A stretch of DNA of 64,000 nucleotides from Eledone cirrhosa (taxonomy: Eukaryota), in contig OZ024757.1 in the NCBI GenBank assembly GCA_964016885.1, positions 9,982,001 through 10,046,000 of the forward strand. Reading direction: 5' to 3'. This document shows, one piece after another, positions 51,401-63,000 of this stretch (the first letter of the stretch is position 1; each line of letters begins with the position of its first letter). The translations under genes and the position numbers were made by a program. The notes below the pieces were generated by a model that was not told the origin of the DNA, ran no database searches, and saw only the letters and a program-made list of their open reading frames with translations.

Positions 51401-54400
51401 TTAAGTTGGGGTTAAGTTAAGTTGGGGGTAAGTTAAGTTAGGGGTAAGTTAAGTTGGGGTTAAGTTAAGTTGGGGTTAAGTTAAGTTGGGGATAAGTTAA
51501 GTTGGGGTTAATTTAAGTTGGGGTTAAGTTAAGTTGGGGTTAAGGTAAGTTGGGGTTAAGTTAAGTTGGGGTTAAGTTAAGTTGGGGTTACGTTAAGTTG
51601 GGGTTAAGTTAAGTTGGGGTTAAGTTAAGTTGGGATTAAGTCAAGTTGGGGTTAAGTCAAGTTGGGGTTAAGTCAAGTTGGGGTTAAGTCAAGTTTGGGT
51701 TAAGTTAAGTTGGGGTTAAGTTAAGTTGGGGTTAAGTTAAGTTGGGGTAAGTTAAGTTGGAATTAAGTCAAGTTGGGGTTAAATCAAGTTGGGGTTAAGT
51801 CGAGTTGGGTTTAAGTTAAGTTGGGGTTCAGTTAAGTTGGGGCTAAGTTAAGTTGGGGTTAAGTTGGGGTTAAGTTAAGTTGGGGTTAAATCAAGTTGGG
51901 GTTAATTCAAGTTGGGGTTAAGTCAAGTTGGGGTTAAGTCAAGTTGGGATTAAGTCAAGTTGAGGTTAAGTCAAGTTGGGGTTAAGTTAAGTTGGGGTTA
52001 AGTTAAGTTGGGGTTAAGTTAAGTTGGGGTTAAGTTAAGTTGGGGTTAAGTTAAGTAGGGGTTAAGTTAAGTTGGGGTTAAGTTAAGTTGGGGTTAAGTT
52101 AAGTTGGGGATAAGTTAAGTTGGGGTTAATTTAAGTTGGGGTTAAGTTATGTTGGGGTTAAGGTAAGTTGGGGTTAAGTTAAGTTGGGGTTAAGTTAAGT
52201 TGGGGTTACGTTAAGTTGGGGTTAAGTTAAGTTGGGGTTAAGTTAAGTTGGGATTAAGTCAAGTTGGGGTTAATTCAAGTTGGGGTTAAGTCAAGTTGGG
52301 GTTAAGTCAAGTTTGGGTTAAGTTAAGTTGGGGTTAAGTTAAGTTGGGGTTAAGTTAATTTAGGGGTAATTTAAGTTGGGGTTAAGTTAAGTTGGGGTTA
52401 AGGTAAGTTGGGGTTAAGTTAAGTTGGGGTTAAGTTAAGTTGGGGGTAAGTTAAGTTAGGGGTAAGTCAAGTTGGGGTTAAATCAAGTTGTGTTTAAGTT
52501 AAGTTGGGGTTCAGTTAAGTTGGGGCTAAGTTAAGTTGGGGTTAAGTTGGGGTTACGTTAAGTTGGGGTTAAGTTAAGTTGGGGTTAAGTTAAGTTGGGG
52601 GTAAGTTAAGTTAGGGGTAATTTAAGTTGGGGTTAAGTTAAGTTGGGGTTAAGGTAAGTTGGGGTTAAGTTAAGTTGGGGTTAAGTTAAGTTGGGGGTAA
52701 GTTAAGTTAGGGGTAAGTTAAGTTGGGGTTAAGTTAAGTTGGGGTTAAGTTAAGTTGGGGATAAGTTAAGTTGGGGTTAATTTAAGTTGGGGTTAAGTTA
52801 TGTTGGGGTTAAGGTAAGTTGGGGTTAAGTTAAGTTGGGGTTAAGTTAAGTTGGGGTTACCTTAAGTTGGGGTTAAGTTAAGTTGGGGTTAAGTTAAGTT
52901 GGGATTAAGTCAAGTTGGGGTTAAGTCAAGTTGGGGTTAAGTCAAGTTGGGGTTAAGTCAAGTTTGGGTTAAGTTAAGTTGGGGTTAAGTTAAGTTGGGG
53001 TTAAGTTAAGTTGGGATTGAGTCAAGTTGGGGTTAAGTTAAGTTGGGGTTAAGTCAAGTTGGGGTTAAATCAAGTTGGGTTTAAGTTAAGTTGGGGTTCA
53101 GTTAAGTTGGGGCTAAGTTAAGTTGGGGTTAAGTTGGGGTTAAGTTAAGTTGGGGTTAAGTTAAGTTGGGGTTAAGTTAAGTTGGGGGTAAGTTAAGTTA
53201 GGGGTAATTTAAGTTGGGGTTAAGTTAAGTTGGGGTTAAGGTAAGTTGGGGTTAAGTTAAGTTGGGGTTAAGTTAAGTTGGGGTTAAGTTAAGTTGGGTT
53301 TAAGTTAAGTTGGGATTAAGTCAAGTTGGGGTTAAGTCAAGTTGGGGTTAAGTCAAGTTGGGGTTAATTCAAGTTGGGGTTAAGTCAAGTTGGGATTAAG
53401 TCAAGTTGGGGTTAAGTCAAGTTGGGGTTAAGTTAAGTTGGGGTTAAGTTAAGTTGGGGTTAAGTTAAGTTGGGTTTAAATTAAGTTGGGGTTAAGTTAA
53501 GTAGGGGTTAAGTTAAGTTGGGGTTAAGTTGGGTTTAAGTTAAGTTGGGGTTAAGTTAAGTTGGGTTAAGTTAAGTTGGGGTTAATTAAGTTGGGGGTAA
53601 GTTAAGTTAGGGGTAAGTTAAGTTGGGGTTAATTTAAGTTGGGGTTAAGTTAAGTTGGGGATAAGTTAAGTTGGGGTTAATTTAAGTTGGGGTTAAGTTA
53701 TGTTGGGGTTCAGGTAAGTTGGGGTTAAGTTAAGTTGGGGTTAAGTTAAGTTGGGGTTACGTTAAGTTGGGGTTAAGTTAAGTTGGGGTTAAGTTAAGTT
53801 GGGATTAAGTCAAGTTGGGGTTAATCAAGTTGGGGTTAAGTCAAGTTGGGGTTAAGTCAAGTTTGGGTTAAGTTAAGTTGGGGTTAAGTTAAGTTGGGGT
53901 TAAGTTAATGTAGGGGTAATTTAAGTTGGGGTTAGGTTAAGTTGGGGTTAAGGTAAGTTGGGGTTAAGTTAAGTTGGGGTTAAGTTAAGTTGGGGGTAAG
54001 TTAAGTTAGGGGTAAGTCAAGTTGGGGTTAAATCAAGTTGGGTTTAAGTTAAGTTGGGGTTCAGTTAAGTTGGGGCTAAGTTAAGTTGGGGTTAAGTTGG
54101 GGTTAAGTTAAGTTGGGGTTAAGTTAAGTTGGGGTTAAGGTAAGTTGGGGTTAAGTTAAGTTGGGGTTAAGTTAAGTTGGGGGTAAGTTAAGTTGGGATT
54201 AAGTCAAGTTGGGGTTAAGTCAAGTTGGGGTTAAGTCAAGTTGGGGTTAATTCAAGTTGGGGTTAAGTCAAGTTGGGATTAAGTCAAGTTGGGGTTAAGG
54301 TAAGTTGGGGTTAAGTTAAGTTGGGGTTAAGTTAAGTTGGGGTTACGTTAAGTTGGGGTTAAGTTAAGTTGGGGTTAAGTTAAGTTGGGATTAAGTCAAG

Positions 54401-57400
54401 TTGGTGTTAAGTCAAGTTGGGGTTAAGTCAAGTTCGGGTTAAGTCAAGTTGGGGTTAAGTCAAGTTTGGGTTAAGTTAAGTTGGGGTTAAGTTAAGTGGG
54501 GGTTAAGTTAACTTGGGGTTAAGTTAAGTTGGGGCTAATTTAAGTTGGTGTTAATTTAAGTTGGGGTTAAGTTAAGTTGGGGTTAAGTTAAGTTGGGGTT
54601 AAATTAAGCTGGGGTTAACTTAAGTAGGGGTTAAGTTAAGTTGGGTTAAGTTGGGATTAACTTAAGTTTGGGTTAAGTTAAGTTGGGGTTAAGTTAAGTT
54701 CGGATTGAGTCAAGTGTGGGGTTAAGTCAAGTTGGGGTTAAGTCAAGTTGGGTTTAAGTTAAGTTGGGGTTAAGTTAAGTTGGGGTTAAGTTAAGTTGGT
54801 GTTAAGTTAAGTTGGGGTTAAGTTAAGTCGGGGTTAAGTTAATATGGGGTTAAGTTAAGTTGGGGTTAAGTTAAGTTGGGGTTAAGTCAAGTTGGGGTTA
54901 AGTCAAGTTGGGGTTAAGTTAAGTTGGGGTTAAGTTAAGTTGGGGTTAAGTTAAGTTGGGGGTAAGTTAATTAAGTCGGGGGTAATTTAAGTTGGGGGTA
55001 AGTTAAGCTGGGGTTAAGTTAAATTGGGGTTAAGTTAAGTTGGGGTTAAGTTAAGTAGGGGTTAAGTTAAGTTGGGGTTAAGTTGGGGTTAAGTTAAGTT
55101 GGGGTTAAGTTAATTTGGGGTTAAGTTAAGTTGGGGTTAAGTTAAGTTGGGGTTAAGTTAAGTTGGGGGTAAGTTAAGTTAGGGGTAAGTTAAGTTGGGG
55201 TTAAGTTAAGTTGGGGTTAAGTTAAGTTGGGGATAAGTTAAGTTGGGGTTAATTTAAGTTGGGGTTAAGTTAAGTTGGGGTTAAGGTAAGTTGGGGTTAA
55301 GTTAAGTTGGGGTTAAGTTAAGTTGGGGTTACGTTAAGTTGGGGTTAAGTTAAGTTGGGGTTAAGTTAAGTTGGGATTAAGTCAAGTTGGGGTTAAGTCA
55401 AGTTGGGGTTAAGTCAAGTTGGGGTTAAGTCAAGTTTGGGTTACGTTAAGTTGGGGTTAAGTTAAGTTGGGGTTAAGTTAAGTTGGGGTAAGTTAAGTTG
55501 GAATTAAGTCAAGTTGGGGTTAAATCAAGTTGGGGTTAAGTCGAGTTGGGTTTAAGTTAAGTTGGGGTTCAGTTAAGTTGGGGCTAAGTTAAGTTGGGGT
55601 TAAGTTGGGGTTAAGTTAAGTTGGGGTTAAATCAAGTTGGGGTTAATTCAAGTTGGGGTTAAGTCAAGTTGGGGTTAAGTCAAGTTGGGATTAAGTCAAG
55701 TTGAGGTTAAGTCAAGTTGGGGTTAAGTTAAGTTGGGGTTAAGTTAAGTTGGGGTTAAGTTAAGTTGGGGTTAAGTTAAGTTGGGGTTAAGTTAAGTAGG
55801 GGTTAAGTTAAGTTGGGGTTAAGTTAAGTTGGGGTTAAGTTAAGTTGGGGATAAGTTAAGTTGGGGTTAATTTAAGTTGGGGTTAAGTTATGTTGGGGTT
55901 AAGGTAAGTTGGGGTTAAGTTAAGTTGGGGTTAAGTTAAGTTGGGGTTACGTTAAGTTGGGATTAAGTTAAGTTGGGGTTAAGTTAAGTTGGGATTAAGT
56001 CAAGTTGGGGTTAATTCAAGTTGGGGTTAAGTCAAGTTGGGGTTAAGTCAAGTTTGGGTTAAGTTAAGTTGGGGTTAAGTTAAGTTGGGGTTAAGTTAAT
56101 TTAGGGGTAATTTAAGTTGGGGTTAAGTTAAGTTGGGGTTAAGGTAAGTTGGGGTTAAGTTAAGTTGGGGTTAAGTTAAGTTGGGGGTAAGTTAAGTTAG
56201 GGGTAAGTCAAGTTGGGGTTAAATCAAGTTGTGTTTAAGTTAAGTTGGGGTTCAGTTAAGTTGGGGCTAAGTTAAGTTGGGGTTAAGTTGGGGTTACGTT
56301 AAGTTGGGGTTAAGTTAAGTTGGGGTTAAGTTAAGTTGGGGGTAAGTTAAGTTAGGGGTAATTTAAGTTGGGGTTAAGTTAAGTTGGGGTTAAGGTAAGT
56401 TGGGGTTAAGTTAAGTTGGGGTTAAGTTAAGTTGGGGGTAAGTTAAGTTAGGGGTAAGTTAAGTTGGGGTTAAGTTAAGTTGGGGTTAAGTTAAGTTGGG
56501 GATAAGTTAAGTTGGGGTTAATTTAAGTTGGGGTTAAGTTATGTTGGGGTTAAGGTAAGTTGGGGTTAAGTTAAGTTGGGGTTAAGTTAAGTTGGGGTTA
56601 CCTTAAGTTGGGGTTAAGTTAAGTTGGGGTTAAGTTAAGTTGGGATTAAGTCAAGTTGGGGTTAAGTCAAGTTGGGGTTAAGTCAAGTTGGGGTTAAGTC
56701 AAGTTTGGGTTAAGTTAAGTTGGGGTTAAGTTAAGTTGGGGTTAAGTTAAGTTGGGATTGAGTCAAGTTGGGGTTAAGTTAAGTTGGGGTTAAGTCAAGT
56801 TGGGGTTAAATCAAGTTGGGTTTAAGTTAAGTTGGGGTTCAGTTAAGTTGGGGCTAAGTTAAGTTGGGGTTAAGTTGGGGTTAAGTTAAGTTGGGGTTAA
56901 GTTAAGTTGGGGTTAAGTTAAGTTGGGGGTAAGTTAAGTTAGGGGTAATTTAAGTTGGGGTTAAGTTAAGTTGGGGTTAAGGTAAGTTGGGGTTAAGTTA
57001 AGTTGGGGTTAAGTTAAGTTGGGGTTAAGTTAAGTTGGGTTTAAGTTAAGTTGGGATTAAGTCAAGTTGGGGTTAAGTCAAGTTGGGGTTAAGTCAAGTT
57101 GGGGTTAATTCAAGTTGGGGTTAAGTCAAGTTGGGATTAAGTCAAGTTGGGGTTAAGTCAAGTTGGGGTTAAGTTAAGTTGGGGTTAAGTTAAGTTGGGG
57201 TTAAGTTAAGTTGGGTTTAAATTAAGTTGGGGTTAAGTTAAGTAGGGGTTAAGTTAAGTTGGGGTTAAGTTGGGTTTAAGTTAAGTTGGGGTTAAGTTAA
57301 GTTGGGTTAAGTTAAGTTGGGGTTAATTAAGTTGGGGGTAAGTTAAGTTAGGGGTAAGTTAAGTTGGGGTTAATTTAAGTTGGGGTTAAGTTAAGTTGGG

Positions 57401-58000
57401 GATAAGTTAAGTTGGGGTTAATTTAAGTTGGGGTTAAGTTATGTTGGGGTTCAGGTAAGTTGGGGTTAAGTTAAGTTGGGGTTAAGTTAAGTTGGGGTTA
57501 CGTTAAGTTGGGGTTAAGTTAAGTTGGGGTTAAGTTAAGTTGGGATTAAGTCAAGTTGGGGTTAATCAAGTTGGGGTTAAGTCAAGTTGGGGTTAAGTCA
57601 AGTTTGGGTTAAGTTAAGTTGGGGTTAAGTTAAGTTGGGGTTAAGTTAATGTAGGGGTAATTTAAGTTGGGGTTAGGTTAAGTTGGGGTTAAGGTAAGTT
57701 GGGGTTAAGTTAAGTTGGGGTTAAGTTAAGTTGGGGGTAAGTTAAGTTAGGGGTAAGTCAAGTTGGGGTTAAATCAAGTTGGGTTTAAGTTAAGTTGGGG
57801 TTCAGTTAAGTTGGGGCTAAGTTAAGTTGGGGTTAAGTTGGGGTTAAGTTATGTTGGGGTTAAGTTAAGTTGGGGTTAAGGTAAGTTGGGGTTAAGTTAA
57901 GTTCGGGTTAAGTTAAGTTGGGGGTAAGTTAAGTTGGGATTAAGTCAAGTTGGGGTTAAGTCAAGTTGGGGTTAAGTCAAGTTGGGGTTAATTCAAGTTG
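39490..58000 (+). repeat. HOR domain D: ~3.7-kb HOR (3,741 bp), about five copies
   Basis: TCGA at 40750, 44491, 48151, 51800 and 55541 (spacings 3741, 3660, 3649, 3741). AAGTTCGGGTT at 39644, 43385, 47045 and 54435. TTCAGGTAAG at 42661, 46321, 53711 and 57452. Confidence 0.88.
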
Positions 58001-60030
58001 GGGTTAAGTCAAGTTGGGATTAAGTCAAGTTGGGGTTAAGTCAAGTTGGGGTTAAGTTAAGTTGGGGTTAAGTTAAGTTGGGGTTAAGTTAAGTTGGGTT
58101 TAAGTTAAGTTGGGGTTAAGTTAAGTAGGGGTTAAGTTAAGTTGGGGTTAAGTTGGGGTTAAGTTAAGTTGGGGTTAAGTTAAGTTGGGTTAAGTTAAGT
58201 TGGGGTTAATTAAGTTGGGGGTAAGTTAAGTTAGGGGTAAGTTAAGTTGGGGTTAATTTAAGTTGGGGTTAAGTTAAGTTGGGGATAAGTTAAGTTGGGG
58301 TTAATTTAAGTTGGGGTTAAGTTATGTTGGGGTTAAGGTAAGTTGGGGTTAAGTTAAGTTGGGGTTAAGTTAAGTTGGGGTTACGTTAAGTTGGGGTTAA
58401 GTTAAGTTGGGGTTAAGTTAAGTTGGTATTAAGTCAAGTTGGGGTTAATCAAGTTGGGGTTAAGTCAAGTTGGGGTTAAGTCAAGTTTGGGTTAAGTTAA
58501 GTTGGGGTTAAGTTAAGTTGGGGTTAAGTTAATTTAGGGGTAATTTAAGTTGGGGTTAGGTTAAGTTGGGGTTAAGGTAAGTTGGGGTTAAGTTAAGTTG
58601 GGGTTAAGTTAAGTTGGGGGTAAGTTAAGTTAGGGGTAAGTCAAGTTGGGGTTAAATCAAGTTGGGTTTAAGTTAAGTTGGGGTTCAGTTAAGTTGGGGC
58701 TAAGTTAAGTTGGGGTTAAGTTGGGGTTAAGTTAAGTTGGGGTTAAGTTAAGTTGGGGTTAAGGTAAGTTGGGGTTAAGTTAAGTTGGGGTTAAGTTAAG
58801 TTGGGGGTAAGTTAAGTTAGGGGTAAGTCAAGTTGGGGTTAAATCAAGTTGGGTTTAAGTTAAGTTGGGGTTCAGTTAAGTTGGGGCTAAGTTAAGTTGG
58901 GGTTAAGTTGGGGTTAAGTAAAGTTGGGGTTAAGTTAAGTTGGGGTTAAGTTAAGTTGGGGTTAAGTTAAGTTGGGGTTAAGTTAAGTTGGGGGTAAGTT
59001 AAGTTGGGATTAAGTCAAGTTGGGGTTAAGTCAAGTTGGGGTTAAGTCAAGTTGGGGTTAATTCAAGTTGGGGTTAAGTCAAGTTGGGATTAAGTCAAGT
59101 TGGGGTTAAGTCAAGTTGGGGTTAAGTTAAGTTGGGGTTAAGTTAAGTTGGGGTTAAGTTAAGTTGGGTTTAAGTTAAGTTGGGGTTAAGTTAAGTAGGG
59201 GTTAAGTTAAGTTGGGGTTAAGTTGGGGTTAAGTTGGGGTTAAGTTAAGTTGGGGTTAAGTTAAGTTGGGTTAAGTTAAGTTGGGGTTAATTAAGTTGGG
59301 GGTAAGTTAAGTTAGGGGTAAGTTAAGTTGGGGTTAATTTAAGTTGGGGTTAAGTTAAGTTGGGGATAAGTTAAGTTGGGGTTAATTTAAGTTGGGGTTA
59401 AGTTATGTTGGGGTTAAGGTAAGTTGGGGTTAAGTTAAGTTGGGGTTAAGTTAAGTTGGGGTTACGTTAAGTTGGGGTTAAGTTAAGTTGGGGTTAAGTT
59501 AAGTTGGGATTAAGTCAAGTTGGGGTTAATCAAGTTGGGGTTAAGTCAAGTTGGGGTTAAGTCAAGTTTGGGTTAAGTTAAGTTGGGGTTAAGTTAAGTT
59601 GGGGTTAAGTTAATTTAGGGGTAATTTAAGTTGGGGTTAGGTTAAGTTGGGGTTAAGGTAAGTTGGGGTTAAGTTAAGTTGGGGTTAAGTTAAGTTGGGG
59701 GTAAGTTAAGTTAGGGGTAAGTCAAGTTGGGGTTAAATCAAGTTGGGTTTAAGTTAAGTTGGGGTTCAGTTAAGTTGGGGCTAAGTTAAGTTGGGGTTAA
59801 GTTGGGGTTAAGTTAAGTTGGGGTTAAGTTAAGTTGGGGTTAAGGTAAGTTGGGGTTAAGTTAAGTTGGGGTTAAGTTAAGTTGGGGGTAAGTTAAGTTA
59901 GGGGTAAGTCAAGTTGGGGTTAAATCAAGTTGGGTTTAAGTTAAGTTGGGGTTCAGTTAAGTTGGGGCTAAGTTAAGTTGGGGTTAAGTTGGGGTTAAGT
60001 AAAGTTGGGGTTAAGTTAAGTTGGGGTTAA
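57950..60030 (+). repeat. 1,081-bp tandem duplication
   Basis: GGGGTTAGGTT at 58556/59637 and TTCAG at 58686/59767 and 58873/59954, all 1,081 bp apart. Confidence 0.8.
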
Positions 60031-63000
60031 GTTAAGTTGGGGGTAAGTTAAGTTAGGGGTAATTTAAGTTGGGGTTAAGTTAAGTTGGGGTTAAGTTAAG
60101 TTGGGGTTAAGGTAAGTTGGGGTTAAGTTAAGTTGGGGTTAAGTTAAGTTGGGGTTAAGTTAAGTTGGGTTTAAGTTAAGTTGGGATTAAATCAAGTTGG
60201 GGTTAAGTCAAGTTGGGGTTAAGTCAAGTTGGGGTTAATTCAAGTTGGGGTTAAGTCAAGTTGGGATTAAGTCAAGTTGGGGTTAAGTCAAGTTGGGGTT
60301 AAGTTAAGTTGGGGTTAAGTTAAGTTGGGGTTAAGTTAAGTTGGGTTTAAGTTAAGTTGGGGTTAAGTTAAGTAGGGGTTAAGTTAAGTTGGGGTTAAGT
60401 TGGGGTTAAGTTAAGTTGGGGTTAAGTTAAGTTGGGGTTAATTAAGTTGGGGGTAAGTTAAGTTAGGGGTAAGTTAAGTTGGGGTTAATTTAAGTTGGGG
60501 TTAAGTTAAGTTGGGGTTAAGTTAAGTTGGGGTTAAGTTAAGTTGGGGTTAATTTAAGTTGGGGTTAAGTTAAGTTGGGGTTAAGGTAAGTTGGGGTTAA
60601 GTTAAGTTGGGGTTAAGTTAAGTTGGGGTTACGTTAAGTTGGGGTTAAGTTAAGTTGGGGTTAAGTTAAGTTGGGATTAAGTCAAGTTGGTGTTAAGTCA
60701 AGTTGGGGTTAAGTCAAGTTGGGGTTAAGTCAAGTTGGGGTTAAGTCAAGTTTGGGTTAAGTTAAGTTGGGGTTAAGTTAAGTGGGGGTTAAGTTAACTT
60801 GGGGTTAAGTTAAGTTGGGGCTAATTTAAGTTGGTGTTAATTTAAGTTGGGGTTAAGTTAAGTTGGGGTTAAGTTAAGTTGGGGTTAAATTAAGCTGGGG
60901 TTAACTTAAGTAGGGGTTAAGTTAAGTTGGGTTAAGTTGGGATTAACTTAAGTTTGGGTTAAGTTAAGTTGGGGTTAAGTTAAGTTCGGATTGAGTCAAG
61001 TGTGGGGTTAAGTCAAGTTGGGGTTAAGTCAAGTTGGGTTTAAGTTAAGTTGGGGTTAAGTTAAGTTGGGGTTAAGTTAAGTTGGTGTTAAGTTAAGTTG
61101 GGGTTAAGTTAAGTTGGGGTTAAGTTAATATGGGGTTAAGTTAAGTTGGGGTTAAGTTAAGTTGGGGTTAAGTCAAGTTGGGGTTAAGTCAAGTTGGGGT
61201 TAAGTTAAGTTGGGGTTAAGTTAAGTTGGGGTTAAGTTAAGTTGGGGGTAAGTTAATTAAGTCGGGGGTAATTTAAGTTGGGGGTAAGTTAAGCTGGGGT
61301 TAAGTTAAATTGGGGTTAAGTTAAGTTGGGGTTAAGTTAAGTAGGGGTTAAGTTAAGTTGGGGTTAAGTTGGGGTTAAGTTAATTTGGGGTTAAGTTAAG
61401 TTGGGGTTAAGTTGGGGTTAAGTTAAGTTGGGGTTAAGTTAAGTTGGGGGTAAGTTAAGTTAGGGGTAATTTAAGTTGGGGTTAAGTTAAGTTGGGGTTA
61501 AGTTAAGTTGGGGTTAAGGTAAGTTGGGGTTAAGTTAAGTTGGGGTTAAGTTAAGTTGGGGTTAAGTTAAGTTGGGTTTAAGTTAAGTTGGGATTAAATC
61601 AAGTTGGGGTTAAGTCAAGTTGGGGTTAAGTCAAGTTGGGGTTAATTCAAGTTGGGGTTAAGTCAAGTTGGGATTAAGTCATGTTGGGGTTAAGTCAAGT
61701 TGGGGTTAAGTTAAGTTGAGGTTAAGTTAAGTTGGGGTTAAGTTAAGTTGGGTTTAAGTTAAGTTGGGGTTAAGTTAAGTAGGGGTTAAGTTAAGTTGGG
61801 GTTAAGTTGGGGTTAAGTTAAGTTGGGGTTAAGTTAAGTTGGGTTAAGTTAAGTTGGGGTTAATTAAGTTGGGGGTAAGTTAAGTTAGGGGTAAGTTAAG
61901 TTGGGGTTAATTTAAGTTGGGGTTAAGTTAAGTTGGGGTTAAGTTAAGTTGGGGTTAAGTTAAGTTGGGGTTAATTTAAGTTGGGGTTAAGTTAAGTTGG
62001 GGTTCAGGTAAGTTGGGGTTAAGTTAAGTTGGGGTTAAGTTAAGTTGGGGTTACGTTAAGTTGGGGTTAAGTTAAGTTGGGGTTAAGTTAAGTTGGGATT
62101 AAGTCAAGTTGGTGTTAAGTCAAGTTGGGGTTAAGTCAAGTTGGGGTTAAGTCAAGTTGGGGTTAAGTCAAGTTTGGGTTAAGTTAAGTTGGGGTTAAGT
62201 TAAGTGGGGGTTAAGTTAACTTGGGGTTAAGTTAAGTTGGGGCTAATTTAAGTTGGTGTTAATTTAAGTTGGGGTTAAGTTAAGTTGGGGTTAAGTTAAG
62301 TTGGGGTTAAATTAAGCTGGGGTTAACTTAAGTAGGGGTTAAGTTAAGTTGGGTTAAGTTGGGATTAACTTAAGTTTGGGTTAAGTTAAGTTGGGGTTAA
62401 GTTAAGTTCGGATTGAGTCAAGTGTGGGGTTAAGTCAAGTTGGGGTTAAGTCAAGTTGGGTTTAAGTTAAGTTGGGGTTAAGTTAAGTTGGTGTTAAGTT
62501 AAGTTGGGGTTAAGTTATGTTGGGGTTAAGGTAAGTTGGGGTTAAGTTAAGTTGGGGTTAAGTTAAGTTGGGGTTACGTTAAGTTGGGGTTAAGTTAAGT
62601 TGGGGTTAAGTTAAGTTGGGATTAAGTCAAGTTGGGGTTAATCAAGTTGGGGTTAAGTCAAGTTGGGGTTAAGTCAAGTTTGGGTTAAGTTAAGTTGGGG
62701 TTAAGTTAAGTTGGGGTTAAGTTAATTTAGGGGTAATTTAAGTTGGGGTTAGGTTAAGTTGGGGTTAAGGTAAGTTGGGGTTAAGTTAAGTTGGGGTTAA
62801 GTTAAGTTGGGGGTAAGTTAAGTTAGGGGTAAGTCAAGTTGGGGTTAAATCAAGTTGGGTTTAAGTTAAGTTGGGGTTCAGTTAAGTTGGGGCTAAGTTA
62901 AGTTGGGGTTAAGTTGGGGTTAAGTAAAGTTGGGGTTAAGTTAAGTTGGGGTTAAGTTAAGTTGGGGGTAAGTTAAGTTAGGGGTAATTTAAGTTGGGGT

